Assembly (NCBI RefSeq): GCF_009914755.1
Contig: NC_060926.1
Direction: 5' to 3' (one strand)
Source of the DNA: the human T2T-CHM13v2.0 reference genome, Homo sapiens
Length of the DNA: 64,000 nucleotides
Shown: positions 1-15,625 of the stretch, one piece after another
Layout: the number at the start of each line of letters is the position of its first letter
Numbering within the stretch: the first letter of the stretch is position 1
Notes under the pieces: model-generated
Seen by the model: only the letters and a program-made list of their open reading frames with translations
Databases searched by the model: none
What the model was told of the DNA's origin: nothing
Made by a program: the position numbers and the translations under genes

Positions 1-57
1 TTTGCAGGCTGATATGACTGCAAAAGTGTGGTCTAGTAATTGTTTCCTAAATTCTTC

Positions 58-350
58 ACTTTTTTTTAATTATACTTTAAGTTCTAGGGTACATGTGCAC
101 AACGTGCAGTTTTGTTACATATGTATACATGTCCCATGTTGGTGTGCTGTGCTGCACCCATTAACTCGTCATTTACATTAGGTATATCTCCTAATGCTAT
201 CCCTCCCCACTCCCCCAACCCCACAACAGGCCCTGGTGTGTGATGTTCCCCACCCTGTGTCCAAGTGTTCTCATTGTTCAATTCCCACCTATGAGTGAGA
301 ATGTGCGGTGTTTGCTTTTCTGTCCTTAGGATAGTTTGCTCAGAATGATG
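58..350 (-). mobile_element. L1PA 3' end, 5'-truncated
   Basis: Poly-T then ttatactttaagttctagggtacatgtgcacaacgtgcag, the typical primate L1 3'UTR in reverse. Confidence 0.92.
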
Positions 351-1381
351 GACTTTTTTATCCAGGCAAACTTGACAAATAGTATTCTGTTTGGTTTGGT
401 TGGTTTGGTTTTACATTTGGCCTCCTCGTAAATTCCGGACCATCCTGTCACCTAATTTAGATGCATTCTCTCTGGGCCCACATAGGTTTTCAGACATGAC
501 TCTCATAGTACATTCCCCATCCCCTCACAGTTGGGGTTTATCTACTTCTTTCTCCCCAACTAGGCTGTACCTTCCTTGAGAACAAGAATAAGCAAGTCTT
601 TCTTGACTTTTTATCCCCAGGGCCTAGGACTGTGCCTGGAACACAGTATTTGTTCAATAAATATTTGATAAGTGAATAAAGCAGCCAACTCAAGGGGAAA
701 TAAAGTTCAATATAATATGAATTAATATTAACAGCTTGCCCTTTTTCTTTATATTTATCCTTTCTCTCCTCCTCTCGCATTGCTCTCGGCCCCTCCTCTG
801 CTCTTCTCCCTCCCCAAATTCTGTATATAATATTAACAACTATTACTTAAATGGTAAAAATAACATAACCAGTGTCTAGTACAGAGCCTGCAGTATAGCA
901 CATTCTCAACAAGTAATTTTTGAATAAAGGAAAGGAAGGAGCCACGAGGGGAAAAAGGAAGGATAATATTCAAAAACTCAGTAGAGATGCTACGTTGCAA
1001 GGCTTAATACAGTGTAAAGAAGGTTACTGCCTCACCCTTTCCTCCTTTGCCTTTGATACAAATTTATTATCTGCATATTGAGCTTTTCTCTATAGTTCAT
1101 TTTGTCTAATTATAATTTTCTAAAAATTAAACATGATTTAAATGAAAGAGATAGAGTTCACATTGCAAAAGATCAACCCTGGTGATCTAGATTGTAGCCC
1201 ATTTCTCTGACCAAGAAATAAATATGCTCCTTGTCTATCCGACTCTCAGTTTGTAGGGAAATCAATCACACCAAATGATGTTCGAAACCCCAGGAGTGTA
1301 GGAAAAGTCAAACCCACACCCACCCATCCACTTCTGGTGGGGACAAAATAAACAGCATATGGAATCTGCATTATGGGTTCA

Positions 1382-1437
1382 GTTTAATTCAATCAATGTC
1401 TGAATATTTGTTTAATTCAATCAATGCCTGAATATTT
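1382..1437. repeat. 28-bp tandem duplication
   Basis: gtttaattcaatcaatg(t/c)ctgaatattt twice, one mismatch. Confidence 0.9.
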
Positions 1438-1744
1438 GTTTCCTGGATGTTTGTTAAATATTTGCATGAGGGAATCGGGTTAATTAATGCATAAAAGTAG
1501 TCTGACTTCAGAGTGACTTTTGATATAAGTAGGAAAGAGAAAGCTGGAAATGCTGGCTCTTTATGAAAGTCAATTTCTCTTCTGCGCTGACCAAATAACA
1601 GGAAAAATACAAGATTTTGGGTGCAAGGGTTTTTTTTAATTGACAGCAGAAGATATAAGTGGCATTTTCTGTGGGTTGTTAAAACTAATTTGTCAGTGCT
1701 AAGCTAGGAATTAATATATTTCTGTGATGGTTTTAGATGCACTT

Positions 1745-1957
1745 TTTAGTTTTATTTTTAGTTGACAAATAATAATTGTGTATATTTATGGGGTGTAAAA
1801 TTATATTTTAATACATGTGTACATTGTAAAATTATTGAATCAAGGTAATTAGCATATCTATCACTGCAAATATTTATCCTGTTTGTGGTAACAACATTTA
1901 CTATCCTCTATTTTAGCTACATTAAAATATACAGTACATTATTATTAACTATAGTCA
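1745..1957 (-). mobile_element. L1MA-type 3' end fragment
   Basis: ttgacaaataataattgtgtatatttatggggt...attattaactatagtca resembles old L1 3' ends. Confidence 0.7.
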
Positions 1958-3588
1958 GGCACTCTTTTTCAATCAATTTTTGCTATTGAAGTTGTCATTG
2001 TTCTCATTAAAATGTTTATATAATTGTAAAGAAATAGAGATATAATATTGGCAACTTTGTTTTTATGTACTTTTTAAGATAATTAAGTCCATACAAGCAA
2101 AATGCTTCATTTGAGAGGATTTAATTTATTAATGCTAAAACTCACCCAGTCCAGCAAAGTGTTCCAGTAAGTTTCCTCTATGAATTTGGCCACTTGAAGG
2201 GTGTTTTTAAGTTGTGACAATGGAGCAATATGTAAGATAGACAACGTGTCTTTTATTTTTCCTATATGCAGGAACTTAGGAGTTTATTCAAACCATTACT
2301 ATCTCTAAAATTCTAGCCAATGCTTATTCCATAGGATTAGCCCAGGGCTGAGTAGGTCATCCCTGCCCCCTCCATAAAATATCTCCCTTGTCCTCATGTG
2401 CCATCATGCTTGAAATTCTCTTTAAAGATTCATTCATTTGGGTTAAACATTATCCTCTGATTAAAAAATGCAAATAAATGAAATAAAACTTGAAGCTACT
2501 AACCCATAAAAATCATAAATCACAAGACTGGAAGCAACCCTTGAAATCATCTATTCCCACCTCTGTTCTACAGAGAATCTGTGCCTGATGATAACCCCAG
2601 TTAAGCTATTAAAAAATATCAGGGAAGAAAGCAGGGTACAGATAGAGAAGGTAGAGAAGGCCATGAGTGTTGAAGGCAGGGCTCGTCTTAGCCACCATCG
2701 TGTGCAGAACTAACTGTTCTACTTAGTTAATGCTACCATATATCTTGTCATCAAAAAGATGGATTTCGAAGACAAAGAGAACCACTATCTTCTGGTGACG
2801 TAACTTAGGCAAGATTGTTTTCCCCTTCTCAGCTTTAATTCCTTATTATAAATAAAAATAAAGAAAATATGCCCTTCATGGCTGTTTTAAAGAGAAAATA
2901 AAGTAAAATTTTGTGATGTGCTACTTTATTCTTTTATTTTTCTTTTTAAAAAAAGTTATCCTCAAATGCTTGTTAAAAAAAAAAAGGAAAGAAAAAGAAA
3001 AAACATCTGGTGCCAGACTTTACCTGAGGGTAGCTTTTATCTAAAGTCAAGTCATTAAACAACCATGTCAGTGGCCACTCACCATAGCACTTCCAAGGGT
3101 GTTAATATACTACTCAATTTTATATCAGCTTGGATTTTTAAAAAGAGCTAAACCCACATGATTACACAGAACTACTAGTACGTATGTTCCACAAGGGCAG
3201 GGACTTTAGTTTTGTTCATAACTATATACCCAACACCAGCACATAATGGGAGAGCAAAAATAGTCATTGAATAAATGAAGGAATCCTTCTATTTCCCTAC
3301 AAGATCGAGAGAGGCTTTGTAAGGAAAGAAAAAGAGATCATGACTACAAGTTAAGTTTATTTTATGTAGATATGCAAAGGTTGTAATAATGAAGAAAAAT
3401 AAGAGAAAAAGAAAAAGCAGCCACCAATGTTTGTAGTGTACCTACTTGTACCAAGTTCTTTTAATCCTCACAAAACTTTCTAAGGTGATATATTTACTTG
3501 CCCCCATTCTAAGATAAGGACACTTACGCACAGAGATAGTGACTTCTCTAAAAGATAATACCGTTTGTCGTAACTTTAAAAAAAAAAA

Positions 3589-3879
<291 letters not shown>

Positions 3880-5339
3880 GTGTTGTAACTAAAATTTAAA
3901 CCTAGGATTGTTTGACTGAAAAGTCCATATACTGTTTACCGTATCATGTGTCCTCAAAAATCTAAAATAGAAAAAAAAAAAAAAAACCTGACAAGCCTAA
4001 ATGCAGAGTGGGAAAATAAGAATAGTAGAATAGCAGAAGACACTTCGACCAAAAAAGAACATATATTCTTCAGTTTTAAAAACCGACATAAGTCTAGCAT
4101 ATATTTCTAGATTTAGAAATACAATAATGAAAACTCATACTATGTCTAAATTTCATTGATTTTAACTTTCAAATTACAATATATTTAACAGGTTATTGAT
4201 CTGTTCAACGAGTTCACACACATTGATGATCACAACAGAGAAAACCTTGACTAGCAAACTCAATGTTTTCTCTATTAAAATTTTCAGGTGCCTTAGAGTA
4301 TTCATCTCAATGGTTATAATTAATTTCAGTATCTTCTGCATTAATTCAGTGACTGCAAATTCTGGTAAAGTACAACTGGTGATTCAGTAAATGAATAATT
4401 AGGTAAGATAGGAGACTAAACCAGAGACTCTATATTGGCAGCCACTAGTGAAATGTGTGGTTGTGAGAGAAATGTTGGGGAAGTTCATCTAGGTTGCATT
4501 GAATGTGTCTGATCAGAGCTTTACCTCAACAGGTTGGGGAAAGTCACACTGTGCCCTGGGGAGAAATAAGCTAAACGGAACTGAATTAAAGTTTATTAGA
4601 TTGATCAGACAGTATGCTAATAAGCAATCTACTTCCCAAGTTACACTATCTAACTTGATTGAAATGGACATGGCTGACACCTGCAAATGAGTTTTAGACA
4701 CTTGATGTATAGACATAGAACCTATTTGGGCAAATCCAAACCAAACCAAACTAGGTTAAGCTGATGTGTAAGTCATGTTAATGTTATCTAGACCACATAC
4801 ACAGAATGAAACTCAATGTGATAAATGCAGAACACTGTGATATATGTATCTTGTTAACAAAAAAAAAAAGTATTTAGTTATTTATAAGTCAATAAACATT
4901 GTTGAACAATTATCACCAGGTCAAGTTGTAAAGGAAGATTGAACCAATGGAGAATTAAGCAAGATTGCTGAACGTGAAAAATTGGAAATAATAAATGAGC
5001 ACAATAAAATTGGGCAAGCTTGATCATAAAGTCTAACATCCCTTTCCAACCTAAAATTCTAATACCTCCAGGGTTACACTTACTTTGATCTTTGAAAGAT
5101 AACTACTTATTATATACCCCTCTGCCTACAAAAAAAAACAACTTGCAAATATTGGCAAAAAAAAGTGAAAAAAGAGAAATTAATAAAAACTTATTTCTGA
5201 TTTCATAATACAGCTAGGCTTCTGTGGCTAAATTGGAATCTCATTCCCATTTTTGTGTGTACAAGAAGTGTTGTCTAAAAACGATGACCTTCCTCTGTTT
5301 TTGAACTAGCCTTACTGACGTATATAATTTGTAGACCAC

Positions 5340-7560
<2,221 letters not shown>

Positions 7561-8820
7561 TTTTGTTTTTCTTTTTAATAATTTGCCTGGACTCAATCTG
7601 GGTAATCTTTCTTCCTCCTGCAGTGTAGGAACTGGTGTCTCTGCTCAATTTTTTTAACCTGGTTTCCCAGGGGTCACCCTGACTTCATAGCAGCCAACCA
7701 ATACTTGAACTGAGAATGTGTTCAAACATCTTGAGCTAATAAAGTCTTCCACCCTTTGCTGATGGATCAGTGTGTGGGTTATAGAGCACTTTCTAAGGTT
7801 CCCCTGGCTTTTACTTTCAACAAAAATCTGGGTTATCGCTCAAGTGAACAGCCTCCCCATCACCCAGGGAGTGTGCAGAGCTTCTCTAGCCCCTGACTTG
7901 TCTCATTTCCAGGATCTCCTTATTAAATATTTGGCTTGTCAGCTGGTCTGTTTCTTGCCCTAAACAGGACTATAACATTAGCCTAGGAGAGCTGTGGGCT
8001 TTCTTCATTCATTTTCTTCCAAGTTTGTTATTTTTACTGACAACACCACTGGGCTTAAATTTTTTACCCTCCTCTCCATATTAAGCCAGCCTCTCTCACA
8101 GTGAAACTGATGTTTTCCACAGTTACTTCTGTCCTGGCTTTACCGCTGCAGCCAGGCTGAGGAAAGAGGGCCGGAGAAGGAAACAGTCCCAGGCAAGAAC
8201 ACCACAAACTCCCACTGTTTTTACCTGATATTCAGCAATTTTTATGAATAAACATTTCTCAATTTGTTGTTTCCCTTTGGTTGATTTCTAGAGGTTATTT
8301 TTTACAATTTTATCCAGCTTTACAGTCAGTTTTGAAGAGGACTTGCCAACCTCCTTCTCTCCACCATCAAGGAAAGTGCTGTCTCTAGCTACCTCTGTTT
8401 TGTTCCTTCTGTGATGCTCCCTGCTTAATTTGGTTGAATCATCTGAGCCCGTTTAGTGATTTTTATACTTTTTTCTTCACTGTTTTTAGCCATTGATATT
8501 ATGCTTTTTTTTCCAGAATGCATTTTTTTCATTTTTATACTTGTGGTTTATTATGCATATTTTTCCTTTCTTTCAAGCTACTTAGCATTTGGAAATAATT
8601 TGCATCAGAATTTAACTTTGCATACAGGAATATAATGCACAGTTGTTTTCTTCTTTTAAAACAAAGGTAAGGTACCCATGTTTAATCTTTATCAGAATTT
8701 TATATATGTTCTTGTCATTTTGAAAAATTATCTGTAACCATCTTATTAGAAAAAAAATGGCAAACTCAAAGGAGCAATTGAAGGGATTTTAGTAAAAGGA
8801 TCATTTATAAGGTTATAGCA

Positions 8821-9030
8821 TAGTGGTTCTTAACTGGGGGTGGTGTTTTTTCCACTCAGACATGTGGCAAAGTTTGGAGACATTTTTGGTTGTCATGCTG
8901 GGAAGTTCCATTGACTTCTAGTGAGTCAGGGCAAAAGACGGTGCTAAACATTTTATACTACACAGCACAGCCCCCACCACAAAGAATTTTCTAACCAAAA
9001 TATCAATAGTGCCAAGGTTGAGAAGCCATG
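8821..9030. mobile_element. MER20-like hAT MITE
   Basis: agtggttcttaactggggg...ttggagacatttttggttgtca...gtgccaaggttgagaagcc, with terminal inverted similarity. Confidence 0.8.
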
Positions 9031-9084
9031 ATTTAAGGAAATCAACAAAAAATTATAAGTCTCTTAGGGCAGGGATCCCCAGGG

Positions 9085-9323
9085 CAGGGCTCCCCAACCC
9101 CAGGTCCGAGGACTGGTACCAGTCCATAGCCTGTTAGGAATCAGGCCGCACAGCAGAAGGGGTGCAGGGTGGGCAAGCTAGCATTACCACCTGAGCTCTG
9201 CCTCCTGTCAGATCAAATGGAACAGTTTCATGACAAAACCATCCCTACCCACTTCCCCCGGTCTGTGGAATAATTGTCTTCCACAAAACAAGTCCCTGGT
9301 GCCAAACAGGTTGGGAATTGCTG
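9085..9323. mobile_element. MER1-like hAT MITE
   Basis: cagggctccccaacccc...cctgttaggaa...gtccctggtgccaaacaggttggga. Confidence 0.8.
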
Positions 9324-9527
9324 CCTTAGGGAGTCACAAAGGGTGATTATTACCCTTAGGCCCAAAGGATCAAGGTGAGGGGGCTGTTACCAGATCCCAG
9401 TTAGAGTCACAGTATGGAGAGGGGCCATAAGACAGGGCTGATGCAGCTTGTATAGGGCTTAAGTTTGTACAGTTTCGAGGATTCTCTTTAAGAAAAAGAA
9501 TATAAAATTATAAATATGAAATTAGCC

Positions 9528-10989
9528 CTCTCCCTCTCCCTCTCCCTCTCTTTCCATGGTCTCCCTCTCATGCTGAGCCGAGGCTGGACTGTGCTGCTGC
9601 CATCTCGGCTCGCTGCAGCCTCCCTGCCTGATTCTCCTGACTCAGCCTGCCCAGTGCCTGCGATTGCAGGCTCGCGCCGCCACGCCTGACTGGTTTTGGT
9701 GGAGACGGGGTTTCGCTGTGTTGGCCAGGCCGGTCTCCAGCCCTTAACCGCAAGTGATCCGCCAGCCTCGGCCTCCCGAGGTGCCGGGATTGCAGATGGA
9801 GTCTCGTTCACTCAGTGCTCAATGGTGCCCAGGCTGGAGTGCAGTGGCGTGATCTCGGCTCGCTGCAACCTCCACCTCCCAGCCGCCTGCCTTGGCCTCC
9901 CAAAGTGCCGGGAGTGCAGCCTCTGCCCGGCCGCCACCCCGTCTGGGAAGTGAGGAGCGTCTCTGCCTGGCCGCCCATCATCTGGGATGTGAGGAGCCCC
10001 TCTGCCTGGCTGCCCAGTCTGGAAAGTGAGGAGCGTCTCCGCCCGGCTGCCATCCCACCTAGGAAGTGAGGAACACCTCTTCTCGGCCGCCATCACATCT
10101 AGGAAGTAAGGAGCGTCTCTGCCCGGCCGCCCATCGTCTGAGATGTGGGGAGCACCTCTGCCCCGCCGCCCCATCTGGGATGTGAGGAGCACCTCTGCCC
10201 GGCCCCAACCCCGTCTAGGAGGTGAGGAGCATCTCTGCCCGGCCGCCCCGTCTGAGAAGTGAGGAGCCCCTCCGCCCGGCAGCCGCCCCGTCTGAGAAGT
10301 GAGGAGCCTCTCCACCCGGCAGCCACCCCATCCGGGAGGGAGGTTGGGGGGGTCAGCCCCCCGCCCGGCCAGCCGCCCCCCCTGGGAGGTGAGGGGCGCC
10401 TCTGCCCGGCCGCCCCTACTGGGAAGTGAGGAGCCCCTCTGCCCGGCCACCACCCCGTCTGGGAGGTGTGCCCAGCAGCTCATTGAGAGCGGGCCAGGAT
10501 GACAGTGGCGGCTTTGTGGAATGGAGAGGCGGGAGGGGTGGGGAAGGGATTGAGAAATCGGATGGTTGCCGTGTCTGTGTAGAAAGAAGTAGACATGGGA
10601 GACTTTTCATTTTGTTCTGTACTAAGAAAACTTCTGCCTTGGGATCCTGTTGATCTGTGACCTTACCCCCAGCCCTGTGCTCTCTGAAACATGTGCTGTG
10701 TCCACTCAGGGTTAAATGGATTAAGGGCGGTGCAAGATGTGCTTTGTTAAACAGATGCTTGAAGGCAGCATGCTCGTTAAGGGTCATCACCACTCCCTAA
10801 TCTCAAGTACCCAGGGACACAAACACTGCGGAAGGCCGCAGGGTCCTCTGCCTAGGAAAACCGGAGACCTTTGTTCACTTGTTTATCTGCTGACCTTCCC
10901 TCCACTATTGTCCTATGACCCTGCCAAGTCCCCCTCTGTGAGAAACACCCAAGAATTATCAATAAAAAATAAATAAATTTAAAAAAAAA
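9528..10989 (+). mobile_element. Full-structure SVA retrotransposon (younger D-F-like lineage)
   Basis: (CCCTCT)n hexamers, antisense Alu-like domain, GC-rich VNTR (~9920-10465), SINE-R, AATAAA and poly-A. 10-bp TSD GAAATTAGCC at 9518-9527 and 10990-10999. Confidence 0.97.
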
Positions 10990-11164
10990 GAAATTAGCCA
11001 TGAAGATAAATATTTTAAAGTAAAAAATCACAAATGTTTAAAATCTAACAAATACAAACAAAACAAAATCCAGGAAAATGGCGTAATATTTTATTAACAG
11101 ACATAGCTTTGGAATACTTTTTTCCTTACATTTTCACCTGTTGGTTGCATATCCTGATTGCTTC

Positions 11165-11432
11165 TTTAGTTTTCTTTTGGTTTGGTTTGGTTTTTTTGTT
11201 ATTTTTGTTTTTGAGACAGGGTCTCCTTCTGTCACCCAGGCTGAAGTGCAGTGTTACCATCACGGCTCACTGCAGCCTCTACTTTCCTGAGCCCAGGCAA
11301 TCCGCCCACCTCAGCCTCCCAAGTAGCTGGGACCACAGACACACACCACCATGCTGGGCTAGTTTTGTATTTTTTGTAGAGACAAGGTTTTAACCATGTT
11401 GCCAAGGCTTGTCTTGAACTCCTGGCTCAAGT
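11165..11432 (-). mobile_element. AluJ-like element
   Basis: ttgagacagggtctccttctgtcacccaggctg...; diverged, and truncated by the next Alu. Confidence 0.9.
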
Positions 11433-11445
11433 GATCCATCCATCT

Positions 11446-11755
11446 TTTGTTTGTCTGTCTGTTTGTTTGTTTGTTTGTTTGTTTGTTTGTTTCGAGACGT
11501 AGTCTCACTTTGTTGCCAAGCTGGAGTGCTGTGGCACGATCTCGGCTCCCTGGTTTAAGCGATTCTCCTGCCTCGGCCTCCCGAGTAGCTGGGATTACAG
11601 GCACACACCACCACGCCCAGCTAATTTTTGTATTTTTAGTAGAGATGGGTTTCACCATGTTGGCCAGAATGTTCTTGATCTCTTGACCTCATGATCGCTC
11701 ACCTCGGCCTCCCAAAGTGCTGGGATTACAGTCGTGATCCATCGCACCGATCCGC
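11446..11755 (-). mobile_element. AluS (Sc-like) nested in the AluJ
   Basis: (TTTG)n tail; 13-bp TSD GATCCATCCATCT at 11433-11445 and 11756-11768. Confidence 0.92.
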
Positions 11756-12003
11756 GATCCATCCATCTCTTGCTAAGTCGCCCAGGCTGGAATGCAGCAG
11801 CCCAATCATGACTCACTATGACCTCAAACATTATAAATTTAAATGTGTTTTTTGTCATTGATAGTTTAGAAAAGTTTTTTACAGCTTTACAATTTATATT
11901 GCTGATTATCATACATTATTGTTTTGTTTTGTAGTCAAATTTAGGAAACCTTTCATTAAATTTTTTTCAAGTATCAGCTGTGAGATTACAGGGCATTTCA
12001 AGC

Positions 12004-12064
12004 TTTCTTGTGTAGTGACTAATGTTAAATACTCTGAATTGAACATTAGTCACTACACAAGAAA
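12004..12064. repeat. Perfect inverted repeat: 23-bp arms, 15-nt spacer
   Basis: tttcttgtgtagtgactaatgtt (12004-12026) is the exact reverse complement of aacattagtcactacacaagaaa (12042-12064). Confidence 0.95.
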
Positions 12065-12391
12065 ACCAGTTTGTTCTAACTGTCCTTGTTATATAGTATC
12101 TTATTGTAGGCTTGTAGTATCTTCATCAGTGTCAGTAATTCATGTCAAAGCACTAACAGATTTATGTCTTTCTCCAATGAATCTGTATGATTCATTCCTG
12201 TTTGTTAATTTGATTATCAAACAATTAAAGAGCCTATTCATTCTTTTTATTCATAATTTATCTCTTCCTCTTAATGAAATTAAGCTTTTGGTAGGATCTG
12301 AAATAAACTTTATTTCTCAATATCAGAATAGTTTATATTAATTTAATTACTCAAATTGTCCCTTTTGCTTTATATTTTATTAATTATTTAA

Positions 12392-12758
<367 letters not shown>

Positions 12759-13004
12759 TAATAAAAGAAAGTATCCTTCATTTATGCCCTAATCAGGAGT
12801 CTCAATTTTCTCACATGCTTTATTAAAATGTTCTAAAATGTCTTTTCAAATATACTTCTCAACTTCAGAATATTCTTTTCCTATTAACAAAAACATATGA
12901 CCATGTGAACACACTGTTGGAACCTCTCTGTGGGCCTTGGATTGGCCTATACATGTGATGGGCTCTGACATGTAAATTTCATTCATTTCATGGAAATTCT
13001 CATC

Positions 13005-13230
13005 TAAATGCTGTCACTCCAAAATCTTGGTACAGATAGGAGAAGTCAGGGAAATAAATACCTCAACCTCTCTCTATTGCTGCTGCCTTCTATTGGCCAA
13101 ACCCAACCAGAATTCAGAGGGTAAGGAAGATTTAATGATGCAGTTTGTCTAAGGCAGCCTCCTGGGTCATAGAGCAGGGCCAAGGATTAAAGACCAGGTC
13201 TGGAGGGCTGAACAGAGAATAAGAAAAGCA
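13005..13230. mobile_element. Old MaLR (MLT1-like) LTR fragment
   Basis: ccttctattggccaaacccaaccagaattcagagggtaagg...cagcctcctgggtcatagagcaggg. Confidence 0.55.
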
Positions 13231-15368
13231 GTTAATTGTCTTTGAATAACTACTGTCTTCTAAAACTTCTATTTTGCAGCATTTATGCCTTATTTCGGCC
13301 TTCTGTGCTTGTGTTCATAGAGAAGAAAAGCAAAATAAAGAATATGATTGGCACTTACTCACAGAAATCACTTCCTCAAGAAGCACCTGCTAGCCTAAGT
13401 ATGCCTGTGAATACTGTAAAATCTTGGTTCAGCAAAACATATTCATCCCCTAATACATTCACATATCATAATCATTTTGAAAGCTTCAACACATGTCTTC
13501 TAATGGTGTCACTCTATATAATGAGATATGCAAATTAGAATGTTATAGAGAGTCTTAATTGCATTATATCATTCAGAGTTGTAAATGTTCAGCTAGTTAA
13601 AGCCCAGGTAGGGCAATAAGAAGAAGAAAAGAAAAAAAGAAATATTCTTTTGGCTGTTTGACCCAAAAATGAAATAGACTTACATTGCTAATGGGCATAT
13701 TAATATGCTTCTCAGACATCTATTGTAACAGTGGGTTAACAGGGATGGCCTCAAGAGATGTATCAGCGTTTCTTTATAAATGCTTTATGAACCCTGGCTT
13801 CAGTGTTTTGGGGCCCCCAGGCACTATTTCATATATTGTTTTAAAGCTTATTATAAACCCAAAGGAATTAAAAAGAAAAACTTAAATCAAATATGGGTTG
13901 TCAGGTAGAGTATGGTAAGGTATAAGCATATCTGCTACAAAGAAAATGTGTTCCTTCATATACTTTACATGTAACTAAATTATTTCTAAAATGTGATTTT
14001 TCCACAATTCTAAATTCTGATGTGATTTGGGAAGATATGAAATTGATCTTGGGAACCTTTCTCCATGTGAAAATAGGTGGATTCTTTCAGGTATTACCAA
14101 CTTCTAAGCAAGCAAGGAATCTCTAACAGATTGTCATACAAGACCACAGTCACATGTCAATCCATTTTTATATCTATATCTCTGCCATGCACTACTCTAT
14201 GTCTGCAAGATCAGATTCTAAGAACAGTAGACTATTGAAATAAATAATATCCCAGATAGCTCTGTTCTTCGTTTAAAAACTACTATCATCCTCTCCAATA
14301 ACTACTCCCATTTCACTCCACCATCAAACCCCCATCACAATCACCACTATTACTATGCCTATTACTAAGAAGCCACTGTGCCAGGGCCATGTTCTTTCAG
14401 ATTGCCTTTTTCTTGCTCACTTACTGTAGTCTTTTGGATGCTCTCTGTCTGCAATAACTTGTTTTCAGTCCCACACATGTCTATTCAGTCATGTTGAAAT
14501 TAGTGAAATTTCCCTTAAGATAATACAACTGTATAATTTGATACTTGAAAAAAAGCATGCATTTGTTCTCTTACCTAATGAGCAGTAACACTTGGTTGTT
14601 TCACCATTATTTCACATTGAATGCATTCAAAATGATCTGATTGGCTTTCCAAGACAAGACAACTGAATTGAGTCCTATATTTCTGTCAATAGCATTATTT
14701 TCACATTTGTCAAATCTCTTAATTTGTTATTTGTTCTTTTTTCCATCTTATTCATGCTCCATAGCAAATTAATCCATAGGTTACATTGGAGTTTCTCTCT
14801 AAATGTTTCTCACATTCCATTCCCTTCCCTGTCATTCCCTATCAAGACCAACATGCGCCATTTCATGCCTAGTTTATTGCATGAGTTTCATAAATCACTT
14901 CCATTCAATCTATTCTACAAATTGCTTCCAAATTAGTATTCCAAAAATACAATTTTTTTTGCCACTCCTCTGCTGAAATTCTTTCGTGGATGTCCAATAA
15001 CTAAAAACAATAGTTCAAACTCCTCAGTTTAGAACATGTTTCACTTTTTCAAAATCTATCCCATGTCAGAATTCTCTCATTCCCCTAACTGTCCCAGGAT
15101 TGGCATGGGCAATCTGCACCAGAGGCAAGTCAGAGTACAACAAATAATGCACTCAAATTCAGAGGGGCAGGAATCAAAGCCAAAGACACAAAAATTTAGA
15201 GTTTAAACCCAGTGGAGAGACACCTACAAGTGGATCAGAATCAAGGAGCAGTTCCTAAGAATGAAAGACCTTATTGATTTACATGATCAAAGCCAAGGAA
15301 GATGGCCCTAATCCAACCTTCAAATCTTCACTTTCATATGCTACCCAATATAAGGTTTCCACTGAGGG

Positions 15369-15625
15369 CAGCAGTGGTTCTCAGACTACCTACAATACTT
15401 GATAAAACAGATTTCTTGTTAAAACTACCTATCTACAATACTTGTGTCTCTGAACTACCTACTATACTTGTTAAAACACGTTTCTTCTTAAAATTCCCAG
15501 AGTTTCTGATCCAACAGATGTGGGGTCAGAAAATTTGCATTTCATTTCCAAACAAGTTCCTAGGTAAGGCTGATGAAGCTAGTCTGGGGAGCATACTAGC
15601 TTCAGTGTGAGAATCACTGCCCTAG
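15369..15625. mobile_element. MER5A-like MITE with an internal duplication
   Basis: Inverted ends cagtggttctca...tgagaatcactg; internal tttccaaacaagttcctaggt. Confidence 0.75.

Noticed and set aside
9920-10465. Regularly spaced ~37-50 bp repeats that superficially resemble a CRISPR array
   Set aside because: This is the SVA VNTR: degenerate tandem units, no unique spacers, no cas genes, primate DNA
9488-10976. Many overlapping ORFs of up to 223 aa
   Set aside because: They derive from the SVA Alu-like, VNTR and SINE-R sequence; SVA is non-coding
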